From an uncultured Bacteroidota bacterium (lineage in GTDB: Bacteria; Bacteroidota; Ignavibacteria; UBA10030), in contig CAVYRP010000002.1 of assembly GCA_963770945.1 (NCBI GenBank), positions 381,778 to 445,777 on the forward strand: a DNA stretch of 64,000 nucleotides, read 5' to 3'. A program made the translations under genes and the position numbers. Of the stretch, positions 56,651 to 64,000 are shown piece after piece. Within the stretch, counting starts at the first letter, position 1. The number at the start of each line of letters is the position of its first letter. Under the pieces are notes generated by a model that searched no databases, had not been told where the DNA came from, and was given only the letters and a program-made list of their open reading frames with translations.

Positions 56651-56788
56651 AATAGTGTCCTTTTTTTTGTGAGAATGATCCTTGCTATAGAATCTCATGA
56701 AAAACTTGTTCAAGTGCAAACTATTGAAATTGTGTAAATATTAAAGTATCTAATAAATATCAATCTAATAACATGAAAGAGAAAAGCA

Positions 56789-57223
56789 ATGAAAGAACAA
56801 GAAGCATTGGAATATTTTAGAGATGGATTTAACTGTGCACAGGCGGTATTTACCGTTTTTGCCAAAGAAAAGAAGGTTGATGAAGCGACAGCTTTGAAAA
56901 TTGCATGCGGTTTTGGAGCGGGAATGGGACGCATGCAGGCAACATGCGGAGCCGTTACAGGGGCATATATGGCAATCGGTTTGAACCATGGTAAATCTCT
57001 TGATGATGAAGGCAATGAAAAGCGGGAAAAAACTTACAGCCTGGTTAAAACTTTCGATGCTGAATTTAAAAAAATATTTTCGGCTACATCCTGTAGAGAA
57101 TTAATGCAATGCGATATGAATACAGAGGAAGGCAAGAAATACGCTGTCGAGCATAAACTGACGCAAAAGGTTTGTGAACGCTGTGTAGGTGAAGCGGTAA
57201 AGATTGTTGAGAGGATTTTATAG
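56789..57223 (+). CDS. C_GCAxxG_C_C family protein.
   Basis: Contains FNCAQAV.., ..ACGFGAG..ATCGAVTGAY and C-terminal CERCVG. Confidence 0.6.
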   Translation: MKEQEALEYFRDGFNCAQAVFTVFAKEKKVDEATALKIACGFGAGMGRMQATCGAVTGAYMAIGLNHGKSLDDEGNEKREKTYSLVKTFDAEFKKIFSATSCRELMQCDMNTEEGKKYAVEHKLTQKVCERCVGEAVKIVERIL

Positions 57224-57246
57224 AAGTTGATCTAAGTGTGATTATT

Positions 57247-57330
57247 TCTTCCCCTCGCATGAGGGGAAATGTCCCGAATTATACCGTAGTTCGGGATGAT
57301 GGGGTTGAAAAGCAATGTCCCCAGTTTTTA
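57247..57330 (+). repeat. Three consecutive stem-loops. The last one is followed by a T-run, making it a probable terminator.
   Basis: ttcccctc-gcat-gaggggaa; tcccgaa-N11-ttcggga; tgggg-N13-cccca-gttttta. Confidence 0.45.
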
Positions 57331-57477
57331 ATCTAACAACCGAGAAAAGAAGACGAAAACAACTACGAAAGGCAATGCCCGATGCGGAGGTTATTCTATG
57401 GTCTCGGTTGAAAAACAGACATATAGAAAAGGGGAGGAAATAAATAACAGTAAAAACACTTTTAAAGGAAAATTCCT

Positions 57478-58227
57478 TTACAGCATCTTCTTTAATTTGT
57501 CGTACCCAGCGCGGCTGATAAGAATTTTCGTTCCGTCTTTTAAAATCGCCATGCGGCTGTCTTTTGCATATAGTTCGATGCGGGCGATGCGTTCAAGGTT
57601 TATGATGGAAGAACGATGAACGCGGATGAATTTTGCCGGATCGAGCTGTTTTTCCAGTTCAGACATGCGCTGCTGTTTAAGATGCGATTTCCCATCTGCT
57701 TTAATCGCCACGTAATCATCTTCTGCCTCGATATAATCTATTTTATCTGCAGGAATGACATGCACTTTTGGACCGTCCTTCACGAGCACGCGTTCGAGAA
57801 GCGCCGGTTTCATTCCTGCATCGGCTGCGATTGTTTCTACTGGCAGAGTATTTTTTGACTTTAATCGTTTTAATGCATGGTCTAGAGCCTCATCCAGCCG
57901 TTCTTTGCTGAACGGTTTTAACAAATAATCAACGGCGTGCATTTCAAATGCCTTAACGGCATATTGATCGTATGCAGTGGCAAAAATTACAACGGGTTTA
58001 TTTTCGATAAGTTCAAGAACCTCAAAACCGTTCAGCTTGGGCATCTGGATATCCAGTATCGCAAGGTCGGGTTTTAATTCGGTGAGCGCCTTGACAGCTT
58101 CGAATCCATTAGCACATTCCGCAACAAGCTGAATATCATCCCGCTGTTTAAGATATTCGATCAGAAGAAGACGCGCAGGTTCTTCGTCGTCAACTATGAT
58201 TGTCCGAATAAGAGATTTTGCAGTCAT
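57478..58227 (-). CDS. LytTR-family response regulator.
   Basis: Receiver domain plus a LytTR DNA-binding domain. Confidence 0.8.
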   Translation of the reverse strand: MTAKSLIRTIIVDDEEPARLLLIEYLKQRDDIQLVAECANGFEAVKALTELKPDLAILDIQMPKLNGFEVLELIENKPVVIFATAYDQYAVKAFEMHAVDYLLKPFSKERLDEALDHALKRLKSKNTLPVETIAADAGMKPALLERVLVKDGPKVHVIPADKIDYIEAEDDYVAIKADGKSHLKQQRMSELEKQLDPAKFIRVHRSSIINLERIARIELYAKDSRMAILKDGTKILISRAGYDKLKKML

Positions 58228-58255
58228 AAAAGTAATTTTGTATTATTCATCAATC

Positions 58256-59305
58256 TTATACAGGAAAAATAAGTTCGACAGTAAAAATATTGTCTTTCTT
58301 ATCAATGTCAAGCCGCCCTTCATTTTCATAGAGTGTTTGAATTCGGGAACGGACATTTCTGACGCCGAGGCCGGTGCCTTTCCTCGGTATATAATCCGGA
58401 TCATAAGGATTTATTATTGATATTTTCAGTCTACTATGAAGCAATTGTGTCCGGAAAGTAATAGTACCGCCTTCAATGAGCTGTGAAATTCCATGCCGGA
58501 CAGCGTTTTCAACTAATGGCTGTAAAAGGAGCGGCGGAATTTTACAATCCAATGTTTTCTTATCGATTTCCTGCTGAACATTTAACCGCGATCCGAATCG
58601 TACTTTCTCGATTGTTAAAAACTTATCGATTAACGATAACTCATCGGAAAGCAGAATGCGGTCTTTTGTTCCTAAATCCAGGCTATTTCTGAAAAATTCA
58701 GCCAGAAGGATTATCATGGTACGCGCTTTTGCCGGATCAGCGGCGGTCAAGGCGCTGATTGAGTTCAGGCTGTTGAATAAAAAATGAGGATCGATTTGAG
58801 CGCGTAGTGCGCGTAATTCAGCATCCTGTGCAAGCACCTGCAGCTCTAATGTCTGACGTTCCGATTCGCGCGATTGTTCAAATGCAATGAGAACATAATG
58901 GATGACTGCAATTAGCAGAAAGATAAGAACTAAAGTGAGATAAATTCCAGCAGACCAATAATCATATAACGGTAATATTGGTGATGATAGTTTAATGGAG
59001 TCTATATAAGATATCCATGCATAACCAATAAGAAATTCGACACCTGCAGCAATACAGCCGGCAACAAGAAATAATGAAACAAGGTTATACCAATTTGTTG
59101 TCTTAATTGGGAAAAACCGACAGATGTAATAGGAAGAAAGACAAATGAATGCAAAAAGAATATTGATCGGTAGATCAGCTATGAGAATAGGCAGCCATTG
59201 GGATCTAGAAGACCAAATAAATGGTATCTCAGAGAGGGAAATGATACTCAGCCAGATTATCAAATAAAGGGCGAGTGTTCGCCTATTTGAAAGTATTGGG
59301 TGCAC
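58256..59305 (-). CDS. LytS/YehU-like sensor histidine kinase (His_kinase PF06580 type).
   Basis: Five or six N-terminal TM helices. Contains ..HFLFNSLNSI.. and an HATPase domain. Confidence 0.7.
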   Translation of the reverse strand: MHPILSNRRTLALYLIIWLSIISLSEIPFIWSSRSQWLPILIADLPINILFAFICLSSYYICRFFPIKTTNWYNLVSLFLVAGCIAAGVEFLIGYAWISYIDSIKLSSPILPLYDYWSAGIYLTLVLIFLLIAVIHYVLIAFEQSRESERQTLELQVLAQDAELRALRAQIDPHFLFNSLNSISALTAADPAKARTMIILLAEFFRNSLDLGTKDRILLSDELSLIDKFLTIEKVRFGSRLNVQQEIDKKTLDCKIPPLLLQPLVENAVRHGISQLIEGGTITFRTQLLHSRLKISIINPYDPDYIPRKGTGLGVRNVRSRIQTLYENEGRLDIDKKDNIFTVELIFPV

Positions 59306-59308
59306 GAG

Positions 59309-60010
59309 TTAGTTTTTAATTTCCACACCGCCCATAACAGCTATTCCTTTAATAACGAGGCGTTTCGTGCTTGTTTTCGGCGGGCGAGTCTTATCTTCAT
59401 ATCCGCCCATAAATGGAAATCCTTCGATAATAATAATCCAATCCTCCGGGACCCGCATTTCCACACCGCCCATCATGGCAAAGATATCAATGACTGCTTC
59501 ACCATTGATCGATGCGTCCCGCAGATCAATCTCAAGCCCGCCCATGATTGCAGTAAATTCACCGCCCTTAAATTCCTGCGAACTACTGGAACGTTTAAAG
59601 CCGCCCATAACGGCTATTGCTTTAATATAAGAATTCGCATCAGCCTTTTCGATTGGTGTAACGCCGATGCTTCTCCAGTGGGAAGAAGCTTTAACGATCA
59701 TCATAATACCGACGGCAATGAGAATAACCGGCCAATAACTCCAAATACTGAAATATATAAAATGGAGCCGATGTAAGAGCATAGCACTGCCGATCAATAC
59801 AAGAATGATCCCCCAAACCCGTCCTGATCCTTGACGGCATTGAATGATGTATGCGACTCCGATCAAGATAAGGAATACCGGCCAAAAGCGAAAATACTCA
59901 TGCGGATCTATTATATCCATATTACCTAATAAAAAAAGGATTCCCATGAGAATGATTCCTATTCCCAGTATTAACCGCGGCGCTATAATGGAAGAATTTT
60001 TAGATTCCAT
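59309..60010 (-). CDS. LiaF-like membrane protein (DUF5668 N-terminus plus a DUF2154-like beta-rich C-terminus).
   Basis: Two TM helices, then repeated MGG / GGVE motifs. Confidence 0.5.
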   Translation of the reverse strand: MESKNSSIIAPRLILGIGIILMGILFLLGNMDIIDPHEYFRFWPVFLILIGVAYIIQCRQGSGRVWGIILVLIGSAMLLHRLHFIYFSIWSYWPVILIAVGIMMIVKASSHWRSIGVTPIEKADANSYIKAIAVMGGFKRSSSSQEFKGGEFTAIMGGLEIDLRDASINGEAVIDIFAMMGGVEMRVPEDWIIIIEGFPFMGGYEDKTRPPKTSTKRLVIKGIAVMGGVEIKN

Positions 60011-60368
60011 GGCAATGATCTTCTGTTGTATTTTGTGAAGGATAAAGGGATTTCCATAACATGCCTATGCCGAAACCAATAAGCAGAATAGGCCACGAGT
60101 TATGATAGCTTAATCCAAAGAGATGTAATTCTGAAATAAGAAACCATGTCCCAAGGAAAAGCATCCAGAATGCTTTTTGGTATTCTTGCGGGAGACGGGC
60201 ATCCAATAATTTTCCGATTCCGATGATAATTAGGATCAACGGCCAGAAATTCCAAATCGACGGCGTATTGATGATATCAAAATTATCCAGCAATAAAATA
60301 CTGCCGATAACGAGAAGGAAGACACCAACCCCGAGTTGGCCGAATGAAAATCTATTATTACGTTCCAT
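60000..60368 (-). CDS. Small membrane protein paralogous to the N-terminal part of the LiaF-like protein.
   Basis: Contains ..FGQLGVGVFLLVIGSILLLDN.. Confidence 0.45.
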   Translation of the reverse strand: MERNNRFSFGQLGVGVFLLVIGSILLLDNFDIINTPSIWNFWPLILIIIGIGKLLDARLPQEYQKAFWMLFLGTWFLISELHLFGLSYHNSWPILLIGFGIGMLWKSLYPSQNTTEDHCHGI

Positions 60369-60518
60369 AAAATTCTCCTTTAAAAAATGATCTATATTAT
60401 AATACAGGGATTTTTTATGGATGTTGCAGCGATTTCGGTGAATGGTGAGATGAAGTCGGCGAGTGGCGTGCTAAAATGCCTCACAGGCCGTTGTAACCTG
60501 TGAGGCATGAAAATAATG

Positions 60519-60971
60519 TCAAAAGAAATACCGAACACCAAATCCGAAATCAAATTCAAATTGCGAAACAGGCTCGAAGTATATTGTAGGTGCCATTTGT
60601 AAAAATAAGTCGATTGATGATCTGCGCGGCCACCAAGCTATCCCCAGGACACCGCGTGCTCCCATCAAATTTGTGCCGCTGCTTACGCCGAAAATACCGC
60701 CAAGGCCGTAGAATAACGGAAAAGACTCGCGTGATCTGAAAATATGAGAATGCCAGATGTACTCTGCACTAAGTGCGGTTCCCCACCTTGACGAAAGTGA
60801 CGGGTATCCTATGCCTAATTGGATGGCGCTTGAGCGAGTAACCCAGCCTTTAAAGCTAATGCCCGTCGGTTCGCCGATCATCAGTCCAAGACCGAGTCCA
60901 TTACCCTGTGAAAAACCTGTGTTTACAAGAAGCACCGTTAGCAGGCTAAAAAAAAGACATTGTTTAATCAT
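60519..60971 (-). CDS. Small outer-membrane beta-barrel protein.
   Basis: Signal peptide, Gly/aromatic-rich beta strands and a C-terminal ..GVRYFF. Confidence 0.45.
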   Translation of the reverse strand: MIKQCLFFSLLTVLLVNTGFSQGNGLGLGLMIGEPTGISFKGWVTRSSAIQLGIGYPSLSSRWGTALSAEYIWHSHIFRSRESFPLFYGLGGIFGVSSGTNLMGARGVLGIAWWPRRSSIDLFLQMAPTIYFEPVSQFEFDFGFGVRYFF

Positions 60972-61086
60972 GATGAATCCTTTAGTTTGTAATAGTATGC
61001 TAAATCTCCATTTTACTTCGCAAAGAAAGAAGATACATTTAAACAATCAAAAATGTCAGTGAGCGGGATCATCTATTTGATTATTT

Positions 61087-61587
61087 TTATTCCGGAGCTG
61101 TCATACCAATTTTTTTCCATTCTTCGCGAGACGGCCCATAGATGCCGGGGACATTCAATCCCGCCTGGCGCATAAGCACTGTCATTTGTGCGCGATGATG
61201 AATTTGATGTGAAACGAGCGAGGTGAGTGTAGCTCCGCGCGTCCATTTTTCTCCATACATATCAATTTGATCCAACAGCATATCATCTGTCCAATTTGCT
61301 TTCACATATGATTCAAGTGAAGAGCTTGCTTGATCATATGAGTTAACAATTTCCGATGCTTTTACAGGAACCGGAGCATCTTCTGCGGGTGATTCAATCG
61401 ATAACCCTGCTTTTCCGCCCATCTCGCCGAGCGTGGTTGTGATATGCCAGGCAAGAAAACCAAGTGAGCGTCCGGGTGTACTTACTTTTTGTTGAAGCGA
61501 AGCATCCGTAAGAGCTCTCAATATTTTTATCGTCGCTATCCGTTCATACTTCCATGTTTCGAGAAAATCCTGAATTAATCTATACAT
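61087..61587 (-). CDS. DinB-family protein.
   Basis: 166 aa. Contains ..WHITTTLGEM...HQIHHRAQ. Confidence 0.55.
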   Translation of the reverse strand: MYRLIQDFLETWKYERIATIKILRALTDASLQQKVSTPGRSLGFLAWHITTTLGEMGGKAGLSIESPAEDAPVPVKASEIVNSYDQASSSLESYVKANWTDDMLLDQIDMYGEKWTRGATLTSLVSHQIHHRAQMTVLMRQAGLNVPGIYGPSREEWKKIGMTAPE

Positions 61588-61620
61588 AAAAATATCCTTC
61601 TTTCTAATGAGTTTTAAAAG

Positions 61621-63024
61621 TTATTTTCCTTCAACAAATAATGCGATCTGTCCCAGCCTGATTAAGTTGATTGATTCACCGAGAATGCGGGCGGCTTCCT
61701 GCGGGGCATGGAATCCTGTTGAATTTTCCGCTTCAACGAAATCAAGATAGAATTGTGCTTTCCGCTGGTAGCTGCGTGCAGCAGATAGTTCGGCATCTGT
61801 TTTCCCGGATCCTCTGGCATTTTTTATATCTTGAATAAGAGAAATAAGAGCATCCATTGCAAGATTCCGCAATCGATACGTCCGCTCCTGGATAATCTCG
61901 ACCCGCTCTTTTAATTCCTTTTCATTCCACTTGTGGCAAGTTTGACATGCACGATTTATATTAAGAATCGGACTTTGGACATGATGATCGCTGATTTTTA
62001 GAGCGCCGACGCGTTTATACGGCATGTGGCAGTCCGCACACGCTACACCGGAACGGGCATGAATACCTTGATTCCACATTTCAAATTCCGGATGCTGTGC
62101 TTTTAAAACCTCAGCTCCGGTTTCTGCATGCAGCCAATCCTTAAATTTTATTTCCTCGTAGTAAGAAAGGATGCTGTCCACCTTCAAACCTTTTGACCAC
62201 GGATACGTAAGACGTTTTTCGGGCCCCTTAAAATAGTATTCAACATGACACTGGCCGCAGACGAATGCGCGCATCTCCTGCCGCGTTGCCATAGAATTTA
62301 CATCGTAGTTCTTAACACCCTGAGATGCTTTGAGTGCTCGGATGCCTTCAATGAATCCGGGTCTCGTAATGCGTAATTGCATTGTGCCTGGATCGTGGCA
62401 ATCGATACAGGCGACAGGATGAGTGACGAGCTTGCGTGCCTCGGAGTACGGCATTTGATTCATTTTCTCGAATCCTTGAATCAAATCACCGTTGCCCAGC
62501 TTCTTATAAGGTACATAAACAGAAGCATGGCAATGCATACAGGTTCCAGGTTGTTTTGCAACGACCTGACGTTCGGTGTACGTTTGATCGTCAAGCATAT
62601 ATGCATGTCCGCGTTCTTCCCTGAAATCTTTCGCAAATGCATATCCTGCCCACATAGTTTTCAAGCGCGGATCTGCTTCGAGTTTCGACTGAGCAACGAT
62701 AGAACGCGGATCGGCTTGCGTAGGCGTGCGCGGCATTGCTTCGCTGCCTCCATACTTTGTCCTGATCTGATCGACAGTACGAAGGTAGTCGTCATATTGC
62801 ATGGGAAAATCCCTCCCCCATATTTCAGGAGATTCGGTTGTGTCCGTCAATTCTACTACCTTATAAAACGGGTTTCGGGCTTCCTGTTTTCTCTCAAATA
62901 TATTTACAAGCAGCGCTGTGACCGCAACCGCCATAGCTGCAGTAAGAACTATAATAATAGCAATAAATTTGATAGAAGCGGTTTTCCTTTTTTCCATAAG
63001 TCGCTCTCTTAAAAAATTTAACAT
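61621..63024 (-). CDS. nrfA: Pentahaem cytochrome c nitrite reductase NrfA, a variant in which all five haem motifs are CxxCH.
   Basis: N-terminal TM anchor. Haem motifs are CMHCH, CIDCH, CGQCH, CADCH and CQTCH. No CxxCK is present. Confidence 0.75.
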   Translation of the reverse strand: MLNFLRERLMEKRKTASIKFIAIIIVLTAAMAVAVTALLVNIFERKQEARNPFYKVVELTDTTESPEIWGRDFPMQYDDYLRTVDQIRTKYGGSEAMPRTPTQADPRSIVAQSKLEADPRLKTMWAGYAFAKDFREERGHAYMLDDQTYTERQVVAKQPGTCMHCHASVYVPYKKLGNGDLIQGFEKMNQMPYSEARKLVTHPVACIDCHDPGTMQLRITRPGFIEGIRALKASQGVKNYDVNSMATRQEMRAFVCGQCHVEYYFKGPEKRLTYPWSKGLKVDSILSYYEEIKFKDWLHAETGAEVLKAQHPEFEMWNQGIHARSGVACADCHMPYKRVGALKISDHHVQSPILNINRACQTCHKWNEKELKERVEIIQERTYRLRNLAMDALISLIQDIKNARGSGKTDAELSAARSYQRKAQFYLDFVEAENSTGFHAPQEAARILGESINLIRLGQIALFVEGK

Positions 63025-63042
63025 TTCAGATGTTTTTTTATG

Positions 63043-63552
63043 TTATTCTAAATGTCCTACTGAAGTATGGCATCTTATACAGGATAAGTCCTTTCCTTCA
63101 CCGGCCTGCGTCCCTTTCATCATATCGGCAATATCCTGGTGGCATTTCAAACAGGCATTCTCAGTTACCCCGATATTCCTTTGTGTAATTTCTATATTAT
63201 CGGGATACCATCCGGTCGTGAAATAAAATGAATGCCAAAAACCATTCGATGCTTTTGTGTAATATTTGGCGAATATATTTTGCGGAGTATGGCAATCGTT
63301 GCAAACAGCAACAGAACGATGGCTCGATTTAATCCAGCCGCTGAATTGGGGGGTCATGCTGTGGCAATTTGCACAGGCGTCCGGATTGTCAGTAAGATAG
63401 GAGTAACCTTTCGCATATAGAAATGTATACGCACCAATGCCGATCATCGCGCCGATGATAATAAAAAGCAATAAAAACAGCATATGCGGTGTTCTTTTCA
63501 TAAATAGTACTAATAGTTGTGCTAATGTGGCAAAAAGAGTCGTATGAATCAA
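63043..63552 (-). CDS. nrfH: Tetrahaem NapC/NirT-family quinol dehydrogenase NrfH.
   Basis: TM anchor plus CANCH, CNDCH, CLKCH and CIRCH. Confidence 0.8.
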   Translation of the reverse strand: MIHTTLFATLAQLLVLFMKRTPHMLFLLLFIIIGAMIGIGAYTFLYAKGYSYLTDNPDACANCHSMTPQFSGWIKSSHRSVAVCNDCHTPQNIFAKYYTKASNGFWHSFYFTTGWYPDNIEITQRNIGVTENACLKCHQDIADMMKGTQAGEGKDLSCIRCHTSVGHLE

Positions 63553-63645
63553 ATCAAAAAAGTACTGAAAACCGGGATGTCCCTATATCATCCAGGTGAG
63601 ATGGTGCAGGATTTTCAAAAACGAAATGTAAAACAATCCACTTGC

Positions 63646-64000
63646 TTAATCAGCAGCAGTCCTCGGCGGTTTCGTCTGAAAGTGCCGATCAATCCAGTAG
63701 GCCCATGCTACAAGGAGCCATTGTGCAAGGCCTGCATAACCAATTGCTCTTGTATCTTCGGGAGGCGGTGATAGGATGCTGGATATGTAAGTAATGATAA
63801 GAAAGAGTATTAGTCCCCAGAACGCATATTGTCCGGTTTTATCTTTACTCTTATTAGTCTGTAAATAGAAAAAGATTCCGGTAAAAAATATTGCGCTTTC
63901 AATAATAATAGTGGCCGGAACAGAAGACCACAAGCCGAGTCCAAGGAAAGTATTTATTCCGGGAGCGACAGGAAGATCGGGAATGTGCGTGAAGAAATCG
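63646..64000 (-). CDS. Hypothetical membrane protein. Its 5' end runs off the window.
   Basis: The open frame continues to the window edge, and there are 3 or more TM helices. Confidence 0.35.
   Translation of the reverse strand, partial: DFFTHIPDLPVAPGINTFLGLGLWSSVPATIIIESAIFFTGIFFYLQTNKSKDKTGQYAFWGLILFLIITYISSILSPPPEDTRAIGYAGLAQWLLVAWAYWIDRHFQTKPPRTAAD

Noticed and set aside
1-64000. CRISPR arrays, tRNA or rRNA genes, integrases and toxin-antitoxin pairs.
   Set aside because: No regularly spaced direct repeats, no cloverleaf-compatible segments in intergenic regions and no recognisable integrase or TA motifs were found by eye.

Overview
This 64-kb window reads as chromosomal DNA from a Gram-negative bacterium, most likely of the Bacteroidota / Ignavibacteriota / Chlorobi type. 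The evidence is a type IX secretion (T9SS) C-terminal sorting domain, a short 292-aa RpoD, SPOR-domain proteins, a TatT-associated TRAP transporter and a PPi-dependent phosphofructokinase. GC is about 42-45 %, and coding density is high on both strands. Most genes are housekeeping (rlmB, lgt, hisS, ptsN, manC/manB fusion, deoB, rpoD, def, fmt, deoC, nrdJ, carA, hrcA-grpE-dnaJ, rsmD, coaD, pfkA, pfp, tdh, nrfHA). They are interspersed with two-component systems and small membrane proteins. No rRNA, tRNA or CRISPR was recognised. The most distinctive features are listed below.
- A 32-33-bp perfect palindromic element occurs twice (1493-1524 and 1708-1740), and removing each copy in silico restores an intact reading frame.
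- A REP-associated tyrosine transposase (RAYT) locus at 20.9-22.1 kb carries a 32-bp perfect palindrome inside its own ORF and partly duplicated segments.
- A strongly A-rich, T-poor stretch at 1-1480 encodes a multiply frameshifted T9SS cargo gene.
- A 15-codon upstream ORF overlaps a terminator-like hairpin in the long leader of the class II ribonucleotide reductase gene.
- A CIRCE operator lies upstream of hrcA.
- About 20 genes, including def, fmt, lgt and nrdJ, are interrupted by 1-bp frameshifts, mostly at short homopolymers. This points to sequencing indel errors rather than real pseudogenes.
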